Source: an uncultured virus (IMG/VR IMGVR_UViG_3300037585_002406) (Duplodnaviria; Heunggongvirae; Uroviricota; Caudoviricetes; Crassvirales). Taken from it: a stretch of DNA of 64,000 bases. Both the position numbers and the translations under genes were made by a program. The stretch lies in IMG/VR virus record IMGVR_UViG_3300037585_002406, one strand, 5' to 3'. The first letter of the stretch is position 1, and each line of letters starts with the position of its first letter. Under the pieces are notes generated by a model. It was given only the letters and a program-made list of their open reading frames with translations. It searched no databases and was not told the DNA's origin. Shown here in pieces: positions 48,001-57,398 of the stretch.

Positions 48001-51000
48001 ATTAATGTTCGCGGATGGTCAGCGGAGTCTATATAAACCTCACAGCCAGATATTTAATACTCCCGAAGAAACTGTAGATGGGTACGAGAATATGTATAGG
48101 CCCGTGCTTGGTAAATCAAGGTTTAGGTTTTCCTTAATGGATGGGGAGGGTGGCCCTGGGGCCGCATTTGCTGGAGGTAACTCCGCTTATGATAAATATG
48201 ATTTAGGTAAGTATGGATCTCTTGCTGGGAGGCTTGACTTTAATTTTAAGATTAGTGACGTTAAAGCAAATATCTACGATTTTGGGGCTCAGAGCTGGAC
48301 GCAAGGCCATCATACCGTTCACGCGGTAATGGGGGGCACCGTGATTGATCCATATGGCGGCCCTGGAGCGTCTGTAGGTGATAGCACCAACTTAGCTAAT
48401 TTCATAGATTATTCTTATGGGGGATACACTTCAACAACAAACTGGGATGCGGTAGCACAGTACAGTCTTGTTACAGACGAAGCATGGGAAGATGAATTAG
48501 GCGAGCCTGGCGAAAACTGGAGCACTGTTATGGACGGTGCTTGGGCTCGTACCCCTTATGTTTTGAGCGGGCCGCTATACACAGGTTCCATAGCTATGCT
48601 CCCTATTTATGGTGAAGATACAGACAATCTAGGCAGGAGGAGGCCTTATCCAGAGGTAAGACCTTATACAACAACGCTACCGCTTATATGGGTTGGAGGC
48701 ACTAGGAGCGCTCATATAAAGCGTCTTAACGACTGGGGAACCGCTAAGTTAAATTGGTTAAAAACATCATTTCCATGGCCTCAGACAGATGTACCGACAG
48801 GACCTCATCAGTGGAATGACGGAATGGGCGGATGGAATAGCTATGGGTTAGACAATAAGCCTTTTCGTCAGCCTAAATGGTATGCAGACGGATGGACTTG
48901 GGATGGGACTACTAATACACCTCAGGGAAGTCTAAGTGATTTAGGCGGTGACTCCGAAGGTGGCACTGTTGCTAGTACGCATAGCAGGTTTGGAAGTGTT
49001 GACTATGCGATGACTCACTCACATTTAGAGGGTCATGCAAGATCTATGTATACTCCAGCGGGGGGTAACTCACAGAATTATTCTTTTAAGTCGTCCGCAA
49101 CTCACGAATTTGGCGTTGTATATTACGATCAAAGAGGTAGACACGGATATGTTAATCATTTAGATTCTGTGTTTGTTGATGGATATGCACCGTCGCAGAG
49201 GACTGCAGATGAAAGTACAGACAATGTACAGGGTCCTGCACATATTCAGCTGACGTTAAGACACGAGCCACCAGAATGGGCTCATAATTATAAAATCGTA
49301 TATTCTAAAAATACGAGTGTCTCAGATTTTCTACAATACTCTGCGGGCGGGGCATTTACCGCACAGGGGGAGTCTGTAGGTGGAGATCCGTCTAGAATAT
49401 ATGTATCTCTAAATTACCTGCAGGGACACACTATATCATATTCCGACGCTTGGGGCGCTAGGTCCGAAGAAGGAAGCCCTATTCTGTATACACACAGAGA
49501 GGGTGATAGGTTAAGGGTTATATCGTATATGCTCCCGTCATCGAGCAGTGACTCTCAAGTTCCTACGCGTGTATACCCATACAATTACGATTTTGAGATA
49601 TCGGGTATGGTAAATTTAGATGAGTCAGAAAGTAACCCGCTTGGAGGCTATGAGGATGTTGACAACAACCCTGGAGAATATTTTGTAGATGAAAACAAAA
49701 AGGGTTTATTCCTGCTTCTTAAAAATAATGGGGGTGCCAATGGGTTTAGATACCAGGACGTTAGAGATGAAGCCCACCACTGGGGAGACAACTGCATCAT
49801 AGAAATATATTCACCTGTAAAGGAATTGGATTCAGATGACCGCCTTTATTATGAAATAGGTAAGACATATTCTATATTTAGGCAATCAAATGGGAGTAGA
49901 TGGCATGAGGGTGATTCCTATGACTTCTCACAATTTGGACAACAAGAGATGCTGGAGGTTATAGGACATGCTGTTATTACACTTACAGAGGGTGATGTGT
50001 GGTTTAGGTCGCACGCTGTGAACCTAAGAGATCACGGTAATGCTGAGGTTACTAACGCTTATCCAGATATTATAGTAAATACAGAAACGGAAGGATCTTC
50101 TTCAGATTGGGAAATTACCCAAGCTTCTGAAGCTAACTTCAAGAGTTATTACCTAGAGGCTCAGATGGCGACAGATTTATTTAAATCCCACGCTATACAC
50201 ATAGGTAGGCCTAATATGATAAAGCAGGATGCTCAAGAGACGTATAAAGAAGCCAGCGTTATACACTCGGATAGAGATATATTAGATCACGGAAAGGTTT
50301 CTTACTCTTCGTTTAATAGGTCAGTACCTATAGATAAAGATCTAGACTTAAAGAGCGGTGAAATAAATTATCTAGGCAACTGGGATGACCAATGTGTATT
50401 TGTGCAGAAGGATAAATGTGGGTATTTTGGTATAGACAGAACCATGATATCCGATCTACAGGGTGAGAAGAGTCTTATAGCGTCTAGTAAGTTTATAAAT
50501 GAACCTCAATATTATCTAGGTAGAGCGGGTGCAGACGGTAATCCAGAATCTGTGTATGTTCTCGATAACTCTATATATTTTGCGCACAAGTCTTTAGGCA
50601 AGGTATTTAAAGCCAGCGGAGGGGGTGCAGGTGTACAAACGATATCTGACACAAATATGCGCTCGTGGTTTAGGGACACATTCCAAAATGCTATGAATCT
50701 GTCTATGATAAACGGTGAAGATGTTCGTGTTGTAGGTGGGTATGACCCTATGAAACAAGAATATTTGTTAAGTATATTAAACCCTGAAACGCGCGGTTTA
50801 CTTACAGATCCGTTTATTCCAGATGTAGAAGTAGTAGATCCAGAAGGAGGTGTGGTGCCAGGTACAGGAGGGCCAGGCGGACCGCCTCCAACATCGGATG
50901 TTGTGCCTTACTTTAATATCACTTGGGGTAATGGCGACAACTTTAAAAGCGATCCACCTACGTGGTTTGTTATGTATAATGAGCCAGGATATTTGACGAA

Positions 51001-52075
51001 TACAACAGGCTTAATCTACTACTTAAATATAGAGTTGAATAACTTCTTCGGAAGTATGGGGCTTTGGACTCTATCTCCTGGTCAGGAGCTTAAATTAACT
51101 ATAGAGCTAAACGGTATAGATACTGTTAGCTACCAGAATCATGATTTTGCTTATGCGGGTACGGACACAGATACTAGATATGCTCTTGGTAGCTCAACAT
51201 TTGCAGACAACTACGCATTTGTAGAAGAAGAAATTCCAGGCAGAAAGTTTGTGTTTACGTTTAATTCAGGCACTAACCAACCAGGTGATGATATACCTGA
51301 TAATATTCTACTACCTGTAAAGCTTCCAGTAAATTACGATTTAACGCTTCTAGAGGGTGTAGAACAAGGTAATCTATATCCAAAACCTAATTTCTTAGAG
51401 CCTCCTGTTAATGAAGATGTATTTAGAAATACAGTTATATCGTATCAAATAGATTACAGCGGTATGGATGTTTCTCCCGCATCTTATGGACAGGGTGCTC
51501 CTCTTGCTGGGCTTATACAGTGGAGACTTTTAAATGAGGATGGAGGAGGTGATGGGGGTAATGGTAATGGAGGCAACGGTAATGGAGGAAATGGTAATGG
51601 GGGTAATGGTGTTGCTCATGAATTTTGTAACTACCCTATGCTTGTTGACGAGAATGGTCATATAACTCACTCTTCAATCCTAGCGGCTTACATTCAGGTA
51701 ACCGATATGTTAGACAGCGGAGAAATAATGCAGGCAGATGCATTAACTATGGTTCCAAATCTAGCTCAATCTGTGCCTCCAATGATAACCATGACCGATC
51801 AGATTTTTGCGCTGGCACAATGGAGCGAAGAAGGTTATGGTCCTGACAACCCTCTAGTGTGTTCAGTTAATGGAGGTAATGGAGGTGCTAGATTAGGCTG
51901 TACTGATCCTACTGCAATAAACTACGACCCTACTGCAACGGTTGATGACGGCAGCTGTATATATGACAATGGTTCAGAAGATGATGCGGGCGGTGAGTCA
52001 GATACACCACCACCACCACCACCAACAACAAGAAAACGTAGATCAGGATCAGGACCACAAATACAATCATATTAA
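45098..52075 (+). CDS. Muzzle/tail stabilisation protein, N-terminal part with large insertions
   Basis: D.RLVP..DALN, YFTDN.NEPRKIN, DNVP.KA.AQ..NRLMYGNY, FGVVYYD.RGR and GGYDP..EY motifs. Confidence 0.75.
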   Translation: MIDKLTPRSLDKSSDYRLVPKTSMIDALNVYITDDVDGDTGNVGGLKNLRGNTDVMYASDSDYPSNSQDVVLKVIGSVTDIKTKICYFFVWSQVAADHGVWAYDKYGKLPLSKTEAQGVPNSLRRIFTSTQFNFPEHGFVKGDVVYTNTNEFEKHDRIVDFLDYDGNEGLKVDFEKDAILYFTDNVNEPRKINIYRALLEKDDLFTTDEYTGDNALELTDFICACPKVPLDRISFEFDADLSRSTNNFAAAPGFQFAYQNIYIDKLETAISAYSPAAFPPSIVNRGAAQTTDLLSHNVCLLKIPEVGPEVERIRILARYENSANFFEIDEVSNIESETANWDLETRTYKFYNDRVASGVSPQEVKKTFDNVPRKAQAQTAISNRLMYGNYLEQFDNVDTKCDAKVVYKPRPQDYLDLVIRATPSIEPGSFGQNKGVGFEIDTKEIPRKIYAGTVINIVIEYEPDRNFHLYQAHNVRRWRENGISDYTYHQNRHMGPNIANATGWPRYPLIENNNRYRPQGESWDGEAEQGEYSQPWGSSANNGTHDESQAHYMTRGDNDGTDRWVNSRYSGANFLEEYGYRYFGWNFGVGAEGTEEGADWIESSSSNGNNNNPRWSDTSFTALTAGSSVEADAPEFSARYGTSAGNPLILQGCKLQFEVKFTVVQDELWNGDDLVAATIVEALAGANGEAVGVVASELIEATGLQPGTMGTGIFSFQSKIQIDVENDVTKVYRHEYDLGLNYEAEEGHLTSHSFEFPTIIPGDTYSNLIVGVANDGGATGLSDYINGVLVTAEDVGNTLRRGYAEALRHQRTAPPAGAFIINKASIDFYIETIEDDDMDPIYEGYGGFRKKARIAISKIEVEEEDVLTCVRRAEGNSPWWLLNKDSIIAMQSYFADLDSTSTMSGLDTPGDVANKFYVSNSVWGGPTNHTWYKAFKPKHDINEMVESAGDTSGNFYEYIQVMRNCFGRLMFADGQRSLYKPHSQIFNTPEETVDGYENMYRPVLGKSRFRFSLMDGEGGPGAAFAGGNSAYDKYDLGKYGSLAGRLDFNFKISDVKANIYDFGAQSWTQGHHTVHAVMGGTVIDPYGGPGASVGDSTNLANFIDYSYGGYTSTTNWDAVAQYSLVTDEAWEDELGEPGENWSTVMDGAWARTPYVLSGPLYTGSIAMLPIYGEDTDNLGRRRPYPEVRPYTTTLPLIWVGGTRSAHIKRLNDWGTAKLNWLKTSFPWPQTDVPTGPHQWNDGMGGWNSYGLDNKPFRQPKWYADGWTWDGTTNTPQGSLSDLGGDSEGGTVASTHSRFGSVDYAMTHSHLEGHARSMYTPAGGNSQNYSFKSSATHEFGVVYYDQRGRHGYVNHLDSVFVDGYAPSQRTADESTDNVQGPAHIQLTLRHEPPEWAHNYKIVYSKNTSVSDFLQYSAGGAFTAQGESVGGDPSRIYVSLNYLQGHTISYSDAWGARSEEGSPILYTHREGDRLRVISYMLPSSSSDSQVPTRVYPYNYDFEISGMVNLDESESNPLGGYEDVDNNPGEYFVDENKKGLFLLLKNNGGANGFRYQDVRDEAHHWGDNCIIEIYSPVKELDSDDRLYYEIGKTYSIFRQSNGSRWHEGDSYDFSQFGQQEMLEVIGHAVITLTEGDVWFRSHAVNLRDHGNAEVTNAYPDIIVNTETEGSSSDWEITQASEANFKSYYLEAQMATDLFKSHAIHIGRPNMIKQDAQETYKEASVIHSDRDILDHGKVSYSSFNRSVPIDKDLDLKSGEINYLGNWDDQCVFVQKDKCGYFGIDRTMISDLQGEKSLIASSKFINEPQYYLGRAGADGNPESVYVLDNSIYFAHKSLGKVFKASGGGAGVQTISDTNMRSWFRDTFQNAMNLSMINGEDVRVVGGYDPMKQEYLLSILNPETRGLLTDPFIPDVEVVDPEGGVVPGTGGPGGPPPTSDVVPYFNITWGNGDNFKSDPPTWFVMYNEPGYLTNTTGLIYYLNIELNNFFGSMGLWTLSPGQELKLTIELNGIDTVSYQNHDFAYAGTDTDTRYALGSSTFADNYAFVEEEIPGRKFVFTFNSGTNQPGDDIPDNILLPVKLPVNYDLTLLEGVEQGNLYPKPNFLEPPVNEDVFRNTVISYQIDYSGMDVSPASYGQGAPLAGLIQWRLLNEDGGGDGGNGNGGNGNGGNGNGGNGVAHEFCNYPMLVDENGHITHSSILAAYIQVTDMLDSGEIMQADALTMVPNLAQSVPPMITMTDQIFALAQWSEEGYGPDNPLVCSVNGGNGGARLGCTDPTAINYDPTATVDDGSCIYDNGSEDDAGGESDTPPPPPPTTRKRRSGSGPQIQSY

Positions 52076-52077
52076 TT

Positions 52078-53310
52078 ATGCCGTTTCAACCATTTACAGG
52101 AAATATATGCGACTATCCAACGATAAACGGATACGATGCTGCTACGGACACCTATACTGGATTTTTTGATATACAGGGCGGCGGTGGTCCAGCCTTGATG
52201 TATCTATATAGCGCGTGGTTTCAAAGCTCTATGTCAATTATGCAGGGCGCTACTCTTGAAGAAATTTCATACCAGTACCCAATATGGGCTAACAGCACTT
52301 TTGCTCAAACATCTCCTGGGAGTGGATGGGGTCCAGTAGGCGGTACGGGTCAGTTTGAGGATGACGGAAGGATCGTTGTTCAGGATTTGGTTATTTGGCT
52401 TATACAGCAGAGCGGAGGATCTGTCTCTTTTGAGGATAGCAGCTATTCGACATGGACGGTTACTGGAGGTTCTATTCAACTTCCGCCAGATTGTATAAAT
52501 TTTTATGAGCATGGTGGTGCACACTTTGGTTCTTTTCAATCCCCTAAAGATTATCACCCTACTGTAGCGTGGCTCGGATATATGAATGTAATGGGTCAGC
52601 CTATGACATGCGATCCAAACATAATCAATCCACCGCCTCCGCCACCTGACGAGCCACAGGGATGGACAGGCAACTTGTGTGACTATCCAGGTATTATAGA
52701 TGAATTTGGAAACATAACTCAAGAAAGTGTTGTTGCTGGATGGGCTGCATGGAATTATAATACTGGGGTTGATCAAATTTTAGCTACTCATAATTTTCCA
52801 GACATGGATGGAGACGAAATTATAAGTATGGAAGACTTCACCGCTTTACTGACTGAGTTTGGTGTGACGTGGCCAATGAATTGCACGGTAGGACCACCTA
52901 TAGGTCCAGGAGACCCTACAGGGCCTTCAGACCCTACAGGACCTACAACGGGGCTGGGTGGGGGTAGATTGCCTGCAGGTTCTACAAAGAGTAAAAAGGG
53001 TAGAGTTGCTAAGGAAAGCACACCACCACCAAGAGAAAGGTATGAGGGTGTGAGGGAGAACCTAAGAACAACAGGAGGGGAGTATATTCTACCAAACGGT
53101 CAGATTTATGTAGGTAATTACCATATACACCCTACTATGGGGGCTATGGTTGGTGCAAAGCATACATCTGCACCTCACGAGAAGCTGCTTCCATACACCC
53201 CTGCAAAGGCTGTAATACCGCCAAAATCAAAGAAAACAGAAGACTCGCCACAATCAAGATCAAAGAGGCGGGGAATGAGTGGCGGTGGATCAACATCAAA
53301 TACCTATTAA
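52078..53310 (+). CDS. Accessory protein with CDYP repeats, a dockerin/EF-hand-like motif and a YxGxYHxH domain
   Basis: CDYP x2; DMDGDEIISMEDF; YVGNYHIH..M.GA.H. Confidence 0.6.
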   Translation: MPFQPFTGNICDYPTINGYDAATDTYTGFFDIQGGGGPALMYLYSAWFQSSMSIMQGATLEEISYQYPIWANSTFAQTSPGSGWGPVGGTGQFEDDGRIVVQDLVIWLIQQSGGSVSFEDSSYSTWTVTGGSIQLPPDCINFYEHGGAHFGSFQSPKDYHPTVAWLGYMNVMGQPMTCDPNIINPPPPPPDEPQGWTGNLCDYPGIIDEFGNITQESVVAGWAAWNYNTGVDQILATHNFPDMDGDEIISMEDFTALLTEFGVTWPMNCTVGPPIGPGDPTGPSDPTGPTTGLGGGRLPAGSTKSKKGRVAKESTPPPRERYEGVRENLRTTGGEYILPNGQIYVGNYHIHPTMGAMVGAKHTSAPHEKLLPYTPAKAVIPPKSKKTEDSPQSRSKRRGMSGGGSTSNTY

Positions 53311-53312
53311 TC

Positions 53313-54368
53313 ATGATATATCAAGGAGAAACAGTAGCATTTTCTACGAAATCAAATGTATGGAAGACGAGATATTCGTTTAACCCTACGTGCTATATGG
53401 ATATGGATGATGATTTTTTATCCAGCGCACCTGTTGATGAGGAAGATACGAGACTTGCATGGAGGCATGATATATCTGGGGTGTATAATCGCTTTTACGA
53501 AAGTTCTTATCCGTCGACTATGCGTGTTGCATCCAATCAAAACCCATCATCTACAAAGGCCTTTAAAGCTATATCTCTAGAGACGAACACACAGGGCTGG
53601 ACAGCTAGGGTGCGGACGAATATAGATAGGGGCGGTGATTTTTCACTTCAGCAGGATGGCATGATTAGATCTTTCGAAAGTAAAGAGGGTAATCAGTATT
53701 CAGCCATGCCTAGGAATTCACAAGGTGCTGGTAACTCAACATCAAATATTGTTTATGTCGGGTTGGTTAGATTGGGGGATCTACTATTTGGTGTAGAAGA
53801 GGGTGATGAGTTGGTAGACGTTATTGACGCAACTGAAGCATTAACGCAGCCATATGTAGAGTATGAGGTACCGCTTCAGAATGTACCCGCAGTGTCTATT
53901 ACCCCAGCTCAGGAATCAAAGCTTTACTTTTCAAGTCCTGGTCAGGGCAATTTTTTAACAAGTGTTGCGGCCACAGCCGTACCCCAATATAATATTTACT
54001 CTGTATTTAGTTCTCAGGGCTATAATGAAAATGCCATGTCTATGGTGGGTTATAACGGAGCCAACAACAGTTTAATTTTTAGAAGTCCATATGTTGAACT
54101 TGGATTAGCAAACCAGATTCTACACATGGCTACTATTTGGATGCTCGTCACAAGTAACATATATGGTGCTGCAGTATCTGAAGGTGATGTAGATTATGAT
54201 TTACAATTACCTATATATATGATGACGAATCCTCGTATAAACGGGGATCTTATGAGGGGTCCATACGCAACCATCGACCTTACATTACCATCTGCTGGTA
54301 TGGCTTTTGAGCTCCATTCTATCAACATAGACTACGAAAACACCAAGCTTGATGGTAGTTTGGGATAA
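53313..54368 (+). CDS. Muzzle/tail stabilisation protein, C-terminal part
   Basis: TVAFS...N.W...YSF.P, N..PS..K.F..I.LE, KEG..Y and G..MRG.Y motifs. Confidence 0.65.
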   Translation: MIYQGETVAFSTKSNVWKTRYSFNPTCYMDMDDDFLSSAPVDEEDTRLAWRHDISGVYNRFYESSYPSTMRVASNQNPSSTKAFKAISLETNTQGWTARVRTNIDRGGDFSLQQDGMIRSFESKEGNQYSAMPRNSQGAGNSTSNIVYVGLVRLGDLLFGVEEGDELVDVIDATEALTQPYVEYEVPLQNVPAVSITPAQESKLYFSSPGQGNFLTSVAATAVPQYNIYSVFSSQGYNENAMSMVGYNGANNSLIFRSPYVELGLANQILHMATIWMLVTSNIYGAAVSEGDVDYDLQLPIYMMTNPRINGDLMRGPYATIDLTLPSAGMAFELHSINIDYENTKLDGSLG

Positions 54369-54389
54369 AATCACTAAATTTGCAATAAT

Positions 54390-55547
54390 ATGAGTAACGG
54401 ATTAACTTCAGGACAAAAAACTACGGAGGCTTTAGCAATTGCTAATATGAATCCAGATCAGCGAGAAGCTTATCAAGATCAATTAACTAAGCAGGGTCGT
54501 CAAAGTGCTCTACTATCTGGTGGAGCTGGATTGTACGACGTTATCTCTGGTAAAAAGAAACAAAAAGATGCAGAGGGCGAAATAGAGACTCTGGGTGCAG
54601 AAGCGGATAAGATAAGAGAGCAGATGAAGAAGTCCAAGGTTCCAGGGGCTACAGACCCTGAGACCGTAGCTGCTGCTGTACGTAACGCAGCTATACTGGG
54701 TAGCGGAAAGCAAAGAGACGATTCATCTGAGCTCGCAGCCGCTAAGATGGCTATGGAGTCTGGTGCAGACCCCAGTCAGATACAGTCTGCTCTAAGTAAA
54801 GCTACGCAGGAAAAGGACGAAGCTGAGGAGGCTGAAAAGTCTGGGTTAATGAGAGAGGGGTTAGGTTCTGCCAGAGAGCAGGCAATGCAGCAATATCAGA
54901 AAGATATGGCTGATATGGGTATGGATTATGATGAGAGTCAGGCGGCCCTACAACAAGCTCAGCAAGAAAGCCTACTTGGCCAACAACAGGCACAGGCGGG
55001 TACAAGGAATTTAATAAGCGGTGCATCGCAACTGCTTGCAAACCCTAGATCTGAGGAACAGCAGGCTGAGGCTAAAGAAAAGAGACAGGACTTCTTTGAT
55101 AAGGCTAAGGACTTTTTTCAAACTGACAGAGGGGAACTTCGTGAGGATAAAAAGTTTGCTGAAGAACAAGGTCTAGACCCAACAGAATTTGTAGAGGAGG
55201 AGGGTTTTGAGTTTCCTGACGAGGATCCCCCTGTGGAGGATTTGTCCGAAGGTTTTGCTAAAGGAGGTAGAGTTGTGCAGAAAACACCAGGTGCGTTTAA
55301 GCACGATGACGGAGACGGAGTGTATGAAAAGGGTGAGAATGAGCTTATATTGATGGCACAGAAGTCGGGCGGACTAGTGGATACAGGGATACGCCAGACT
55401 GGCGGTGAGTTTGTTATAAACCCTAAGCAGGCCAGGGGAATGGAGAAGGCATACGAGAAGGTAAAGAAAAAGAAAAACCCAAGTAAAGCAGACCTTATGT
55501 CTCTATTCAATGCTGTGCGTTTTCTTGACGAGCCTCAATTTGATTAA
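54390..55547 (+). CDS. Putative internal virion/ejection protein
   Basis: Q/A-rich helical protein; FAKGGRV..TPG.F.H..TGGE..INP.Q. Confidence 0.6.
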   Translation: MSNGLTSGQKTTEALAIANMNPDQREAYQDQLTKQGRQSALLSGGAGLYDVISGKKKQKDAEGEIETLGAEADKIREQMKKSKVPGATDPETVAAAVRNAAILGSGKQRDDSSELAAAKMAMESGADPSQIQSALSKATQEKDEAEEAEKSGLMREGLGSAREQAMQQYQKDMADMGMDYDESQAALQQAQQESLLGQQQAQAGTRNLISGASQLLANPRSEEQQAEAKEKRQDFFDKAKDFFQTDRGELREDKKFAEEQGLDPTEFVEEEGFEFPDEDPPVEDLSEGFAKGGRVVQKTPGAFKHDDGDGVYEKGENELILMAQKSGGLVDTGIRQTGGEFVINPKQARGMEKAYEKVKKKKNPSKADLMSLFNAVRFLDEPQFD

Positions 55548-55549
55548 AT

Positions 55550-57142
55550 ATGGAAAATAAATATTACGACCACTTAAAGCCTCAACTGCCTCAACAGAAT
55601 TTTTCTGATGTTGTAAATCAACAATTACAGATTGTACAGCAGCAGCAACAACAGAGGCTTGCTCAGCAGATGCTTGTAGAGAAGGAGCAGCGTAAAATGC
55701 AGGACGCTCAGCAACAAGAACTGTTAGGATTTGATGTGTCTAAGTTCTCAGACGTTGATAAACAGGTGTTTGGAGCTAAAAGAGACTGGTTGGCAGATAG
55801 AATAAATAACTTCCACTATACGGGTAGAAATAGATCTGATTTCGTAACCGACGTAACCGCCTTAAAAACATCATTTGAGACGCTAGAACAGCACCATAAG
55901 AATACAAACAAAGAAAGAGACACTTTAGAAGGGTATGTATCTGGTACACAGCCTTGGACAGATAAGGTGATGCAGTTAGGAGATAACAAAGAATCTCTAG
56001 ATTACAAAGTTCAGCAGTGGAATAACTCAGGCGTAGAACCCGATTCTATAGAGATAGATCCAAACACTGGTGATGCATATGCATACTATGTAGATATTAA
56101 CGGAACGAGGATGCAGGGAGAGGACGGAAAGGATATGTACGGTTTGGTGTCTCAATCGCCTACCAGAGGATCTAAAGAGCATTTTGCCCCTACGGTATCA
56201 CCTTACGCAAACCTATTGCCTGGTGAATTCTCTAAAGATTATGCGTCAGCAGCCACTAGACTGAAGAAAAATGAGAACCTTACATACGAAGAAAAGCTAG
56301 ACACGCTTAGATCTTGGGTTACAGCGGATGCTATGAAGAACCAAGCTGTTGGTGCAACAGCCAGATCTCAATTCGTACAAAATTACGGTGAGTCGGTTCA
56401 TGAGTCAGTATTACAAGACGATCAAACTAAAAATGGACAAGAACCTGGATACGTATCTATGGATGTACGTGAGTATGTTGATGAGACAATGAGATTTTTA
56501 GAGGGTAACCTTATGGATGCGCCTGACGATGATGATGATTCAGCACCGTCTATATTCCCATCGTCTGTAGAGTTTAAGGTTGATCAATTCCAAAAACCAG
56601 GACAAGGTTTTGTAGGACCGATTATGCCAGGATCTGAAGGGGATGACGAAAAATTTGGTAGCGGAATAAGCAGTCTTATGGTTCCTAAATCTGGAGTAGG
56701 TAAGTCTAGCATTACGGTAGAGAAGTCGTATATACCTCAGAATAATACAGATCCAAGGGCTAATGAAGTAAGCGATCAATACAGAGTGTTAGGCGTTGCT
56801 ATGGATAACAGCGATGTTCCTAAATTATTTGTACGTGCTGAAATGTATTTACAGAAAAACATTAATGATTTAGATCCGACGTATGCGGCTACTCTGCAGG
56901 GTTATGATATAAATATTGATGGAAAAACTGTCGACAAGAAAGAAGCGGTTAATATCGTAGTTGATGCATACACTCCAGATGGAGAGACAAATCAAGAATA
57001 TATCAGTATTTTAGCGCAGTTAGGGTATGCTTCTGGTGTAAAGGATGGCGAAAGGAATGAAGCAATAAAGAAGGGTGTAGAGGTTCTAAGAACCTTTAAT
57101 GATAGTGAAGCGCAGATATTTGCATCCCAACCAAGGCCATAA
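55550..57142 (+). CDS. Putative internal virion/ejection protein
   Basis: Q-rich N-terminus; lies between ejection-type genes. Confidence 0.55.
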   Translation: MENKYYDHLKPQLPQQNFSDVVNQQLQIVQQQQQQRLAQQMLVEKEQRKMQDAQQQELLGFDVSKFSDVDKQVFGAKRDWLADRINNFHYTGRNRSDFVTDVTALKTSFETLEQHHKNTNKERDTLEGYVSGTQPWTDKVMQLGDNKESLDYKVQQWNNSGVEPDSIEIDPNTGDAYAYYVDINGTRMQGEDGKDMYGLVSQSPTRGSKEHFAPTVSPYANLLPGEFSKDYASAATRLKKNENLTYEEKLDTLRSWVTADAMKNQAVGATARSQFVQNYGESVHESVLQDDQTKNGQEPGYVSMDVREYVDETMRFLEGNLMDAPDDDDDSAPSIFPSSVEFKVDQFQKPGQGFVGPIMPGSEGDDEKFGSGISSLMVPKSGVGKSSITVEKSYIPQNNTDPRANEVSDQYRVLGVAMDNSDVPKLFVRAEMYLQKNINDLDPTYAATLQGYDINIDGKTVDKKEAVNIVVDAYTPDGETNQEYISILAQLGYASGVKDGERNEAIKKGVEVLRTFNDSEAQIFASQPRP

Positions 57143-57170
57143 TTCACTATATTTGTAAAAAATAACGCAT

Positions 57171-57398
57171 ATGGCGAGTAAACTTTCACAAAACGATGGC
57201 CAGTTCATCGACGATCTGATTAGCGAGAAGCAAACTTTTTTTTTTAAAGGGAAACCCAAAGGGCGTTTCAATGCAAGAAGGAGGCGAAGTAGATCCGCCT
57301 CTTTTGGATTCTCAATCAGCTGGAACTTCGTCGGGGTTTACTTTACTACCTCAAACTCCGAATTTAGAATCGGATATACCAGAGCAAACAGATCCTGA
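57171..57398 (+). CDS. Short ORF, probably the true N-terminus of the giant protein (slippage at T10)
   Basis: Has a promoter and an A-rich start region. The T10 run lies where the +1 frame is already open. Confidence 0.5.
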   Translation: MASKLSQNDGQFIDDLISEKQTFFFKGKPKGRFNARRRRSRSASFGFSISWNFVGVYFTTSNSEFRIGYTRANRS

